Below are positions 39,453 through 49,402 of a stretch of DNA of 64,000 nucleotides, in pieces (the stretch's first letter is position 1; each line of letters starts with the position of its first letter). The position numbers were made by a program, and so were the translations under genes. This stretch comes from Candidatus Poribacteria bacterium (GTDB taxonomy: Bacteria > Poribacteria > WGA-4E > WGA-3G): positions 4,224,001 through 4,288,000 of the forward strand of contig OZ240248.1 of NCBI GenBank assembly GCA_965198235.1, read 5' to 3'. Below the pieces are notes generated by a model. That model was not told the DNA's origin. It saw nothing but the letters and a program-made list of their open reading frames with translations, and ran no database searches.

Positions 39453-39552
39453 ACAGGATCCTTCCATTTTATAGCAAGTTTAGCCCCTTCCGAGTAACGG
39501 GCGGGGCCCGGCGTTGCCAGCTGCGCCGAAGGGGACGAGAACGGCTCACAGT

Positions 39553-40437
39553 TCAATTAAGAGGAATGACGACATCCCGGCTGCTCTGTTCTTTCAAAGC
39601 CTCTAAGAGAGGTTCCACAACTTTTTCGTCACCGAGGACTGCCAACGCTCGAATCGCATCAACACGCAGGGATGACCCTTTATTTTGCACAATTTTGACT
39701 AACTCCGGCACAGCAGCACCCCCGATCTTGCCGAGTGCTTCTACAGCAAGCTGGCGGACCTCAGGTTCCTCCCGGTCGCGCTTCCATCTCGCAGAACCGG
39801 ACTCAATCAACGCGGCGAGTGCTGGAATCGCTTGTTCACTTCCAACCTCTCCGAGTGCCTTGACGGCATTCAAGCGAGTTTCCGTTCTTCGATGATCCAG
39901 AAGTTTTACCAAAATAGGGACAATCGTCCCCGGATCCTCCCTACCGAGATGCCCAAGTATCCAATGTGCATTATGCCTATCGCGATTGTCACTCGACTTA
40001 ATCGCCTTTTGGAGTTGGTTGAGAAGCCGCTTCCGGTCGCCTTGTTTATAGACTCGTTTCAGAGCATCAAGTGCAGCATTTTGGACATCCAAGTCGTCAT
40101 CACGGAGTGTCTCAAAAACGAGTCTTTCGAGGTACTTCCTCTGCTCGGCTTGATACGCGAGGAACATCTGTTTGCCTCGCTCCGTGATCGATGCTCCCTC
40201 CCAATCAGTGGTGTTCGGCTCGTAAAATTCCTGCGAGTTGTAAAATCCGAGCAGATAGTATGCCTCAGCATTATCAATCTGTTGCTGGAGCGCAAGTTTA
40301 AATTCTCGGACAGCGCGTTCCTCTTTGCGTCGTTTATCCGATTTAATCAGTTCCTTACCCTTCGCGAGGTTCTCGTTCTGGGTGCCACACCCAATTACAA
40401 AGAGCATAAGCGCGAGGGCAAGCCAGATTTTTTTCAT
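39553..40437 (-). CDS. Putative lipoprotein with TPR-like and HEAT repeats
   Basis: VIGC lipobox; AEAYYLLG; RLNAVKALGEVGSEQAIPAL and VRQLAVEALGKIG. Confidence 0.8.
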   Translation of the reverse strand: MKKIWLALALMLFVIGCGTQNENLAKGKELIKSDKRRKEERAVREFKLALQQQIDNAEAYYLLGFYNSQEFYEPNTTDWEGASITERGKQMFLAYQAEQRKYLERLVFETLRDDDLDVQNAALDALKRVYKQGDRKRLLNQLQKAIKSSDNRDRHNAHWILGHLGREDPGTIVPILVKLLDHRRTETRLNAVKALGEVGSEQAIPALAALIESGSARWKRDREEPEVRQLAVEALGKIGGAAVPELVKIVQNKGSSLRVDAIRALAVLGDEKVVEPLLEALKEQSSRDVVIPLN

Positions 40438-40625
40438 AGTCGATTTCTCCTATGCCACTGTCGGTCAGTGCCACCTTTAACTTCAAAGCGATTCAATATG
40501 TCTGGCGGTTTTCTGAATCTTCATCGCGGCAGGTTATGCCTACTAATAGGGAGTGAGCCGTTCCGTAGATACTTGCTAATACAGCTCACTTTAACACCCA
40601 ATTGAACGAAACAGGACTCACACCA

Positions 40626-41189
40626 TTAGGCATTAAGCAGTTCCTGCTGTTCGCCGCCGGGCTCAGCAGCTTGATCCTCATCTCCGCCTGTATCTTCCGG
40701 TTCCTCTACTTCTACTTCTGCTTCTTCTTCTTCTTGTTCTTCTGCATCAAGTGCCTTCTGCAGGGTAACAAGTGGCTTTTCAATGAATCCCCAATCCTTA
40801 TATCTCTGGATAACATTCGTTTCTGAGGATGGAAGTTCAATTTCAAGGGTTTTCGCGCCATCTTCTGCAGCGGTAGCCTCCGCAGCTTTTATGAGATGGT
40901 CTGCTACCCCTAATTGCCGAAACGGTCCGGATACAGCGAGATTCCCGACTTGGGCTGCCTCAGGATCGCTGGAATCCTTGCTCACAGTAATCTGTCCGAT
41001 TGGGTATCCACTCGACTCCGCAACGAGTCGATGGGTCTGACCGTCCGATTCCAAATCGGCTTGCAGTTCCTTCGTAACCTGTGTTTTGGTTTTTTCAGGA
41101 AAACAAAATGCGTGTAAATGTGTCGCATCGTCTTCTTCAGCCGGGCGTATTTTGAGTGCACCGGTCAAGCCAAAGTCTTGATTTGCCAT
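40626..41189 (-). CDS. GNAT family N-acetyltransferase with acidic tail
   Basis: IRPAEEDD, LAVSGPFRQLGVADHLI, RYKDWGF. Confidence 0.85.
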   Translation of the reverse strand: MANQDFGLTGALKIRPAEEDDATHLHAFCFPEKTKTQVTKELQADLESDGQTHRLVAESSGYPIGQITVSKDSSDPEAAQVGNLAVSGPFRQLGVADHLIKAAEATAAEDGAKTLEIELPSSETNVIQRYKDWGFIEKPLVTLQKALDAEEQEEEEAEVEVEEPEDTGGDEDQAAEPGGEQQELLNA

Positions 41190-41352
41190 GTTATTCTCCT
41201 TTAGTTTTTACCAAGGTGCCGGCATTTTCGCGTACTGCGGGGCAGTACATCTCGATACCCAGCATCTCTACACATCTATTATGCCATTGTAATACAATCT
41301 ATTTCACATTACAAGCACTTTTCAAAGTGTTATCATCTGAAAGCGAAACGCG

Positions 41353-43818
41353 CTAAGGAATCGATGTTTCACTTCCCGTTTCAGTATCATCGGAACTTCC
41401 AACTCGAATAGATGCGGATCGTTCGGAGACTTCAACAGGGTCTTCCGCTGTTGCTCCATCAAGCTCTTCCTGCCCAATTCGCAATTGCCGTTCTGCATCC
41501 ACAACATCTCTATTAATCTTGCCAATACATCGGTTGAGTTTATCAACAAGAGCAGTATGACCACTCATAGCACGACGGATTTGGCGGAGTTGGTCGATGA
41601 CAAGTCGAAAGGCTCTGACAAAGTCGCCTGCATCTAAACGGGCATACTTCTCAAGCGTGTCAAAGTCACAACCTCGACTCCAAGCAAGCATCGCAGTGCA
41701 GAGTCGGAGTTCTAACAGAGGTGTGATTTCAGTCACCTTATGCTTAACCTCTAAAGACTGTATGAACGAAATTTCAGAACTGACTGTATAAATCTCTTCT
41801 AACAAACGTTCGTCTTTGAGGGGCTTAAAGTATCCATCTTTACGAGGTTCGGTGACAATCGCCACCATGAGACAGTTAATTGCGTCCTCCGTGAGCCTCT
41901 CAAAAGAACCGCTAAACAGTAATTGGGTTAACTGGACCTCATATCCATAGATATGGGCAGCGGTGCGCCCGCGCGGCAGAAGGGTCCGTGCTTCAATGTA
42001 TCCGAGTTCTTCAAGCACCTTCAAACGGGCTGCTATCTGTCGCTGCGGATCGTTCTCAACAAACGTTGTCTTCTTCTTGAGTTTCTGAAGCCGCTCTTCC
42101 TCCTTGCGAATGGTTTTATATCTCCCAGTACACGTGGACAAGTGCTGGCATTCGTCACAAAGACTCGGCTCGCGACTCGCTTGAAAACGTTTAATTTTCT
42201 TGTGAACGGTCCTCAACCTCTTCGCGCGTTCATTTTTCCGCTTCTTTCCCCGCGTCTGTGATTTGATCTGCGCCATCTCTACATGCAAACGCTGCAGATT
42301 TTTTTCACGATCTCGTTTCTGGCGATAATGCTTTTCGATCTGCACACTCCCATCAATACCCTCGTGAATACACTCCGGTTTAGGGAGTATTTGAAGTTTC
42401 CCCGTCTTATCCTCAATCTGCTTGTTGAGCTTAGCGACCCGCACACGGTTTTGATGATTGCTCAAACTCATCGTGTAAACATCGTAAATATCGTCGCCAT
42501 ATTTCTGATAAAGATTGAGAATACTGGAATAGGAAAGATTGAATTGACTCTCTATCGGTTCAATCTTATCAGAAACAACACCTCGAGTCTCGTTTGAATC
42601 GGCGTATGAGGACATAATTTGAGCATAGACATAACCGATGGTGTCAATACCGCGTCTGCCAGCGCGCCCTGACATCTGATGATATTCTCGTGCTTTGAGA
42701 TACCGAAATCCGAGTCCATCAAATTTTTCAAGGCTGTCAAAAACCACCGAGCACGCTGGCATATTAATACCCACAGCGAACGTTTCGGTGGTAAAGAGGA
42801 GTTGAATGAACCCGGAGGTAAACAACCTCTCAACGACCTCTTTAAGCGTTGGTAGCATACCGGCGTGATGATAGGCGATCCCACAACTGACTAATCTGCG
42901 AAATTCGGCAATCTTCCTTTCTTCAACGATGTCAAATTGGAGGCAGAGTTCATCAAATTGCTTTAAAATCTGTGCGGTCTGTTTTTTATTAAGCAACTGT
43001 AACTGCGATCCGACCACCAATGAAACGGCGTTTTCTTCGCAGCCTCTACGACTAAAACAGAAATAGAGGCAGGGAAGCTGCTTTTCTCGACAAAGATGTG
43101 GAATAAGACTTGTCTCTATAAAATCAGCGGGAAGTGCCTGAGGTATTTTATCTTCAAATGGGTCGGATTTTCGTCCACGCGCATCGTGCTGTGCCCGCCT
43201 CCGAAGCGCGGAGATATGCTCTACACTACCGATGCCGTAATCTTTAAAATAGAGGTAATGCTCCAAAGGAACCGGACGTTTTAATTCTTCGACTATCTCG
43301 ATGTCGATATCCCGCACACTTTGCATCCACTCTGCAAAAGGGTTAATGTTCGGGATCGTTGCACTCAGACAGACAAATTTAATATGTTGAGGGGCGAAAA
43401 TGAGGCTCTCTTCCCAGACGGTGCCGCGCTCAATATCATTAATATAATGGATTTCGTCAAAGATGACGTAAGAGACATCTTGTAACCGTTCAATGTCGTC
43501 AAAGATAGTATTCCGAAAAATCTCGGTAGTCATCAACAGTACTTGCGCATACGGATTTAGGACCACGTCGCCTGTAACAATGCCGATTTTTTCCCCATAT
43601 TCCGCGTAAAAATCCCGATATTTTTGATTACTGAGGGCTTTGATCGGTGCGGTGTAGATAACACGCTGGTTCTCTTTAAGACACTTTTCGACGGCGTACT
43701 CAGCGATGACAGTTTTACCAGCACCTGTCGGGGCAGTGACAATCACTGAGGCATCCCGATTAATCGCCGCGATCGCTTTCTCCTGAAACCGATCCAGTTG
43801 TAACCCTTTGTACAGCAT
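41353..43818 (-). CDS. Ski2/HelY-like DExH-box RNA helicase
   Basis: APTGAGKT, PIKALSNQK, DEIH, LSAT, HHAGMLP, QMSGRAGRRG; DSHCT-like C-terminus. Confidence 0.92.
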   Translation of the reverse strand: MLYKGLQLDRFQEKAIAAINRDASVIVTAPTGAGKTVIAEYAVEKCLKENQRVIYTAPIKALSNQKYRDFYAEYGEKIGIVTGDVVLNPYAQVLLMTTEIFRNTIFDDIERLQDVSYVIFDEIHYINDIERGTVWEESLIFAPQHIKFVCLSATIPNINPFAEWMQSVRDIDIEIVEELKRPVPLEHYLYFKDYGIGSVEHISALRRRAQHDARGRKSDPFEDKIPQALPADFIETSLIPHLCREKQLPCLYFCFSRRGCEENAVSLVVGSQLQLLNKKQTAQILKQFDELCLQFDIVEERKIAEFRRLVSCGIAYHHAGMLPTLKEVVERLFTSGFIQLLFTTETFAVGINMPACSVVFDSLEKFDGLGFRYLKAREYHQMSGRAGRRGIDTIGYVYAQIMSSYADSNETRGVVSDKIEPIESQFNLSYSSILNLYQKYGDDIYDVYTMSLSNHQNRVRVAKLNKQIEDKTGKLQILPKPECIHEGIDGSVQIEKHYRQKRDREKNLQRLHVEMAQIKSQTRGKKRKNERAKRLRTVHKKIKRFQASREPSLCDECQHLSTCTGRYKTIRKEEERLQKLKKKTTFVENDPQRQIAARLKVLEELGYIEARTLLPRGRTAAHIYGYEVQLTQLLFSGSFERLTEDAINCLMVAIVTEPRKDGYFKPLKDERLLEEIYTVSSEISFIQSLEVKHKVTEITPLLELRLCTAMLAWSRGCDFDTLEKYARLDAGDFVRAFRLVIDQLRQIRRAMSGHTALVDKLNRCIGKINRDVVDAERQLRIGQEELDGATAEDPVEVSERSASIRVGSSDDTETGSETSIP

Positions 43819-43850
43819 CCAAACCTCCCTTGCGTAATGTTATAAAAGTA

Positions 43851-43879
43851 ATTGTAATAGATACGTTATTTTTTGTCAA
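43851..43879 (-). promoter_or_regulatory. Sigma70-type promoter for the helicase
   Basis: TTGACA-N17-TACAAT. Confidence 0.7.
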
Positions 43880-44041
43880 GCGAAATTTTTCTCAGGTGAG
43901 AGGAATCCAAAGCTGCCATAGGCATAATCTACAAGTCGCGCCCCAATCTTCTGTAGGAATAAATCTCCCTATCACGATTCCATTGACGACTCACAACCGA
44001 TAGCTGCAAACTAAGCCACCCTATGCCTCTACCGTTTCTCC

Positions 44042-44070
44042 TTGACATCCTCCACTTTTCATGTTATTAT
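44042..44070 (+). promoter_or_regulatory. Sigma70-type promoter
   Basis: TTGACA-N17-TATTAT. Confidence 0.65.
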
Positions 44071-44123
44071 GGTATTAAGAGCGTTTAAACCGGGTTCCAT
44101 ATCGAAGTTAGAGGTGAAAACTT

Positions 44124-44633
44124 ATGCAAAACGCTAAAGGGAGACGAAACCAAGCGTCAGATACCTATGGAAAGCATATCTTGGCGATTCTGATATGTGT
44201 CGTGCTTTGCGGTGTCATCGCATGGGCACAAAAAAGCGGCGATGAAAACAAGAAAGGCATCACCTTGGTAGATCTCGGCGTTACAGAGGCACAGAAAATC
44301 GAACTTGAAGAATTGTGGGACCTGAAACGTCAAAAGGACATTCAGGCAATCAATGACTTGAAAACCTTAAATCGACTTGCAAAGGATTCGCTTGTAGAAG
44401 ATACAGAGATTCAAGAAACCTTGGACGAATTCCGAGCGAAACGGAAGGAAATGCGGGGACAGATTAAGGAGATCGAGGAAGAGTTGATTCAGACATTGCC
44501 GACGCAAGCCCAACTCCATTTAACGCTTATGGGCGTGTTAGATAACGGTATCCCACGTAGAACAAGAAAGGCACAAACCAACAAAAACACAGACAAAACG
44601 CCTAAACCGCCTTCAGAACAGCAGACGCAATAA
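44124..44633 (+). CDS. Exported helical protein, Spy/CpxP-like
   Basis: Signal/TM segment, LGVTEAQK motif, coiled-coil, LPTQAQL. Confidence 0.6.
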   Translation: MQNAKGRRNQASDTYGKHILAILICVVLCGVIAWAQKSGDENKKGITLVDLGVTEAQKIELEELWDLKRQKDIQAINDLKTLNRLAKDSLVEDTEIQETLDEFRAKRKEMRGQIKEIEEELIQTLPTQAQLHLTLMGVLDNGIPRRTRKAQTNKNTDKTPKPPSEQQTQ

Positions 44634-44639
44634 AAAAGG

Positions 44640-44712
<73 letters not shown>

Positions 44713-44729
44713 ACGCAAAGATTGTTTTA

Positions 44730-44758
44730 ATTATATCACATATTCTCAGGGAATGCAA
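44730..44758 (-). promoter_or_regulatory. Sigma70-type promoter for tRNA-Ala
   Basis: TTGCAT-N17-TATAAT. Confidence 0.65.
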
Positions 44759-44781
44759 AAAAATTTACTTTTTTTGGAAAA

Positions 44782-45618
44782 ATGACAAAAAAATCGCAAA
44801 CAGACCCATTTTTCTCCTTCGCGAACCTTGGTAATAACGAAGTTCAACTCGCAACGGGTGCCCTGCTCATCGCGCAAAGCGAGTACCGCGAACTCGATAT
44901 TGAGAATTACCTCCACCAACTTGATGAGATGGCGGCTGTGGTTCGGGAACGGATCCAAGAGGCAACGCTACCTGAGCAACACATCACCGAACTGAATCGA
45001 TACCTCTTTCAGGAAAAAGGGTTCACAGGAAATACCGACAACTACTACGCACTCGGCAACAACTTCCTCAACTTTGTCCTTGATAAAAAGACAGGGATTC
45101 CAATTACGTTAGGCGTTGTCTATATCGAAGTCGGTAGACGCGCTGGGTTACCACTCGTCGGCGTAAATTTCCCAGGGCATTTTCTTGTAAGATACCAACG
45201 TGAACATTTAGACATCCTGCTCGATGTATTTGAAAACGGATCTTTCATGTGCGAAGACTCACTCCGGGCAAAACTCCAAGAAACCCTCGGTGACTCGGCA
45301 CCGCTGGAATCGAGTATGTTAGCTGAAGCCACAGATAAAGAGATCCTTGCACGCATTTTGCGGAATCTGACGCGCGCCTACACGCTCCTTGAGAACTACG
45401 ACAAAGCACTTACAGCCGCTGAACGCATCACGTGGCTGTTGCCGAACGCCCCCGCGGATTATCGCCTGCTCGGTTACCTACATTACAAAAATCATGCGTA
45501 CAGCGAAGGTATTGCGGCTTTCGAGACATATCTCCAACTCACAGACGCACCCTCCGATGCCACGGCGGTCGAGCGAAACATACAACACCTCCAAAAACTC
45601 CTCTCACGCCTGAATTAA
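44782..45618 (+). CDS. SirB1/YchA-like transglutaminase-core protein with TPR
   Basis: GFTGNTDNYY, GIPITLGVVY, GVNFPGHFLVR, ILARILRNL. Confidence 0.88.
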   Translation: MTKKSQTDPFFSFANLGNNEVQLATGALLIAQSEYRELDIENYLHQLDEMAAVVRERIQEATLPEQHITELNRYLFQEKGFTGNTDNYYALGNNFLNFVLDKKTGIPITLGVVYIEVGRRAGLPLVGVNFPGHFLVRYQREHLDILLDVFENGSFMCEDSLRAKLQETLGDSAPLESSMLAEATDKEILARILRNLTRAYTLLENYDKALTAAERITWLLPNAPADYRLLGYLHYKNHAYSEGIAAFETYLQLTDAPSDATAVERNIQHLQKLLSRLN

Positions 45619-45619
45619 G

Positions 45620-45774
45620 TAGGACTTACGCAATTTTTCTATGAGCACCTCCGTATGACGCGCCGCTGGCGAGGTGTTTTTGCTGGGGGTTTTTGCTTGG
45701 GGTTTTTGATAGGGTGTTTCCTCTGCGGATTTCCCCTAGAAACCTCGCCAGCAATGGATGTTGCGTAAGCCCTG
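45620..45774. mobile_element. MITE family A, copy 3 (155 bp, with internal micro-repeat expansion)
   Basis: TAGGACTTACGCA/TGCGTAAGCCCTG; 5-bp direct repeat TTAAG. Confidence 0.85.
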
Positions 45775-46002
45775 TTAAGTTTACGCCAACACACGCATTA
45801 TCACCTACACAAAAAATATGACTTTTTTTCACGGACGTGATATACTGAGTCCGAACGTCCTGTTAGCGGATGCGCACGGTGCGGCGGATTTCCGCTTTCA
45901 AGCCCGTGGCGGTCCGTATAACGGTTAATGGCAAACACTACATTTGAATTTCAGCGGTTTCTGGAAAAATCCCAACTCAAATTAACAATGGAGGAGATAA
46001 CA

Positions 46003-46785
46003 ATGAAGTACCTGGAACGCTATTGCACCTGGGTATGCGCTGCCCTGCTTCTGCTCAATTTATCATTGCCAGCACTGGGACAGAGCGAAAAGGCAGAAAC
46101 CCTTGTTGGACACTGGACATTTGAGAAAGGTGTCGAACTGGAAGATCTCACGGGTAACTTTCCCGACATTCAGCTCATGGGTGCTACAATCGAGGATGGG
46201 CAATTGAATGTTGACCTCGGTAAGTGGGCAATCGCCAGTGGATATGATGGACCGGATATCGGAGAAAAGACGTTGGTGTCGTGGGCTATCATGGATAACC
46301 TTGATGTCCAGAAAGGCTCAATATTAACCATCGATCGTCTCTCCGATCCCACATTCGACGCGATCGTTTTTGGGGAACGCCAACATCATCGCTGGATGGC
46401 AGGTAGCGGTTGGTTTCACCGCACCCAAGATCCGAAACCTGGGTTCGAGGAAAAGAAAGCGGGAGAACTTATTATGATGGCAATCTCGTACGCAGACGAC
46501 GGTGGCACGGCACGTGTGAGGCTATATCGAAATGGGGACGAAATTGGCGACTATACTTTTGGTCAATTCGTGACCTTTGATAACAAGGATGCCGAGGCAA
46601 TTTGGGGGAAGCGTCACGGGGGTTTAGGCGGAGGTCCTGGAGATCTCGACGCTCACATTGAGGATTCACGCATCTACGCCTCTGTTCTGAGTGAGGCAGA
46701 GATCAAAAAATTGCTGCCGGACACGCTTGATGTGGAAGCGCACGGTAAGCTTGCTACCACATGGGCACGACTGAAAACGGAATAG
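46003..46785 (+). CDS. Secreted LamG/concanavalin A-like protein with KLATTW C-terminal motif
   Basis: GGAGGAG RBS, signal peptide, LVGHWTFE, RLYRNG, IEDSRIYASVLSEAEI; ends VEAHGKLATTWARLK. Confidence 0.8.
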   Translation: MKYLERYCTWVCAALLLLNLSLPALGQSEKAETLVGHWTFEKGVELEDLTGNFPDIQLMGATIEDGQLNVDLGKWAIASGYDGPDIGEKTLVSWAIMDNLDVQKGSILTIDRLSDPTFDAIVFGERQHHRWMAGSGWFHRTQDPKPGFEEKKAGELIMMAISYADDGGTARVRLYRNGDEIGDYTFGQFVTFDNKDAEAIWGKRHGGLGGGPGDLDAHIEDSRIYASVLSEAEIKKLLPDTLDVEAHGKLATTWARLKTE

Positions 46786-47006
46786 GTATCTGGACATTAG
46801 TTTTTGTGTTAGGTGTCCCGGAGGGTTTTGGAACCCCTTCGGGACTTCCACAAGAGCGATCTAATACTAATTACGGTGGTCAAGGAAAAATTGGAATTTG
46901 AATTGACGACCAAAAACCTTTATACAAAAAATTGTGCTTCAAAAAATGTGATGACAGAAAGAAACCATGAACACTATTTTACAAAAAGGAGTAATCAGTA
47001 AAAAAG

Positions 47007-48404
47007 ATGTTAACCAAAGCCAACATTGAACATGAAAAATCAAAACTAGGCTCTCCATTTTTTGAGGATGCCCTCGCCCCGACTCGCGATGAAGCGACAC
47101 TTCTGCCCCTGCTTGATAACCTCGGTAAATTACCAGCAGGATTTAATGGTGAACTTTTTATCCCACTTCTCACGCATGTGAACCCGAAGATCCGCATGCT
47201 CGCAGCAAAAAATGTCGGCAAACTCAAAGATGAAAAGTTTTTAACAGAACTTTCACAATTGGTATCCACCGAAAAAAATACTTTCGCCCGTCGCGAGGCG
47301 ATTTCCGCGATTGGACGCATGAGAAGCGAAAAGGCAATCCCGGTTTTGACTCAGTACCTCACCGATGCAGACCCAAAGGTCATTCTACAAGCACTGCGCG
47401 GGTTACTCTATTTTAAAGAAAAGCCGGAAGTTCAAAGTGCGTTAGACTCTTTGCATAAACACCCGAATGAACTCATCCGAGAGCATCTCGCTAACGAGGT
47501 GAAAAATAAAAGTGAAAGATCGCAAGGTGTGAAAAAAGATAGGCATCACTCAACCAGCCTAGATACTCTCAAAAACGTGATTGTCCACGCCGACGTGCAA
47601 AAGACACTAAAAGTAATTCCAGATGAGTCAATCCATCTCACTTTTACATCGCCACCCTATTACAATGCTCGAGATTACACAATTTACGAAAGTTACGAGG
47701 CATATCTTGACTTCCTAACTGCTGTCTTCAAGGAAACACATCGTATTACCAAAGAGGGACGGTTCTTTGTGCTTAACACATCTCCTGTTATCTTGCCTCG
47801 CATTAGTCGCGCCCATTCCAGCAAACGATATGCCATTCCGTACGACATACACCCACGCCTTACTGAAATAGGGTGGGAATTTATCGATGACATCGTTTGG
47901 ACGAAACCCGACTATGCTGCCAAAAACCGAAACGGAGGGTTTTTCCAACATCGTAAGCCTCTTGGGTACAAAGCGAATTCTGTCACTGAAAACGTCATGG
48001 TATACCGAAAGAAAACAGATAAGCTCATCGACTGGAACATCCGTCAGTACGACGATGAAACCATTGCCGCAAGCAAAGTTATGGGAGAGTATGAAAAAAC
48101 GAACCTGTGGCATATTAATCCTGCGACCGATAAAGTTCACCCAGCAGTCTTTCCGCCTGAATTGGCAGCGCGTGTCGTGCGATTCTATTCCTTTAAAGGA
48201 GATCTCGTTTTCGACCCATTTGGAGGTAGTGGGACTGTTGGAGACGTTGCCCTAACTCATGAAAGGTACTTTCTTCTCTGTGAAAAAGAAGCAGAATATG
48301 TTGAACGCGCGAAACACTTACTTAATACAGCTTTGTTTACTCAGTCAAAACCTCGGGTTCTTTCGCTTACTGAATTAAAATCTGCCCTTGTAGAAAGGAA
48401 TTAA
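47007..48404 (+). CDS. Beta-class N4-cytosine/N6-adenine DNA methyltransferase with N-terminal HEAT repeats
   Basis: HEAT (IRMLAAKNVGKL, ARREAISAIGRM, VILQALRGL); motif IV FTSPPYY precedes HPAVFP and motif I FDPFGGSGT. Confidence 0.9.
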   Translation: MLTKANIEHEKSKLGSPFFEDALAPTRDEATLLPLLDNLGKLPAGFNGELFIPLLTHVNPKIRMLAAKNVGKLKDEKFLTELSQLVSTEKNTFARREAISAIGRMRSEKAIPVLTQYLTDADPKVILQALRGLLYFKEKPEVQSALDSLHKHPNELIREHLANEVKNKSERSQGVKKDRHHSTSLDTLKNVIVHADVQKTLKVIPDESIHLTFTSPPYYNARDYTIYESYEAYLDFLTAVFKETHRITKEGRFFVLNTSPVILPRISRAHSSKRYAIPYDIHPRLTEIGWEFIDDIVWTKPDYAAKNRNGGFFQHRKPLGYKANSVTENVMVYRKKTDKLIDWNIRQYDDETIAASKVMGEYEKTNLWHINPATDKVHPAVFPPELAARVVRFYSFKGDLVFDPFGGSGTVGDVALTHERYFLLCEKEAEYVERAKHLLNTALFTQSKPRVLSLTELKSALVERN

Positions 48405-48409
48405 AATCT

Positions 48410-49402
48410 ATGACCGTTACTGGTATTGTTATCAAAAATATCATCCGAAAACTGCTCGCAGGACAAGACTACCGCTCCGAAGTTTTGACTCTGATCAATG
48501 CCGAGTTCTTACAATATGTTGTTGACTTTTTCAAACGTGTCGCTTGTGCAAAGTTGGATAACAAAGACGTGACTGTTGATTGGTACAAAAAGGAGCTCCT
48601 TTGTTCAGACTTACTTTCCAAAGAAGAGGTCGCTATTCATTCAGGTCTGAACATGAAAACAATCTCAAATATGTACAATTCAGCGAGTAAGTCAATTGTC
48701 TTGGAAGCATCGCTAGAACATTACGATGCGCTCTACGATGCCATCAACAGTTTAACTGAACAAGATAGCATAGATGTGGCTTTCACAATAAAATTTCGGG
48801 ATGTGAGCGTTGATTTGAATATTAACGAGAGTTTGATTGTAATCAATACACTCGCTGTCAAACGTTCAGCACTTCGAGGCGGATTATGGAGCACTGCTGG
48901 AAAACAAGTAGAAAAACCGTTAATGGTCGCCCTTTGCGCCCTCTTCCAAGTGCCGAAAAAATACTTTGATCAGACAAATCTTCCAGAATCAGAGCGAGAA
49001 TCCGATTTCTACCTGTTTGACGGTACAGGAAAGGCCTACCCCTGTGAAGTGAAGTTAATGGGAAAAGGAAACCCTGAAAGCGCGGATGCGGTGTACGCCA
49101 GGGACAGCCGCGTGTTGGTCGCGAACACACTTTCAGACTTGAATAAAGAACAAATGGATTCAAACAACATTCTCTGGGTTGAACTTCAAACTGAAAATGG
49201 ATATAAACGATTTGAAGAGGTCCTAAAGACCTTATCTATCCCTTACAAACCCTTTACCGGAGATCTCCAAGGAGCATTAGATAAAATTTTGTCCGTCATT
49301 CTGTCTGACGATGTCCAAGAGTCAGTAACCCCTCAAGTCGTTTTAATCGAAAGTGAACAAGATAGCGATTCCGGCTCACAATTACTGGTTGAATTTGAAT
49401 GA
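48410..49402 (+). CDS. Type II restriction endonuclease, CfrBI-like family
   Basis: GLNMKTISNMY, INTLAVKRSALRGGLWSTAGKQVEKPL, RESDF...EVKLMGKGNPESADA; adjacent methyltransferase. Confidence 0.8.
   Translation: MTVTGIVIKNIIRKLLAGQDYRSEVLTLINAEFLQYVVDFFKRVACAKLDNKDVTVDWYKKELLCSDLLSKEEVAIHSGLNMKTISNMYNSASKSIVLEASLEHYDALYDAINSLTEQDSIDVAFTIKFRDVSVDLNINESLIVINTLAVKRSALRGGLWSTAGKQVEKPLMVALCALFQVPKKYFDQTNLPESERESDFYLFDGTGKAYPCEVKLMGKGNPESADAVYARDSRVLVANTLSDLNKEQMDSNNILWVELQTENGYKRFEEVLKTLSIPYKPFTGDLQGALDKILSVILSDDVQESVTPQVVLIESEQDSDSGSQLLVEFE

Noticed and set aside
39480-39555. Selenocysteine readthrough, group II intron end or SAH riboswitch after the TGA of the HEAT gene
   Set aside because: The readthrough frame gives a short nondescript peptide. 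No complete intron domain V or riboswitch core is recognisable.
45851-45930. attC-like long hairpin upstream of the LamG-like gene
   Set aside because: The left boxes are plausible, but the spacing between the L' and R' boxes is 1 nt rather than about 5-6. There is no integrase or second cassette site.
46786-47006. Autoregulatory CCWWGG site in the methyltransferase promoter, and site avoidance in the window
   Set aside because: No CCWWGG is visible upstream of the MTase. Sites occur readily elsewhere (554, 2103, 8763), and depletion cannot be assessed without counting.
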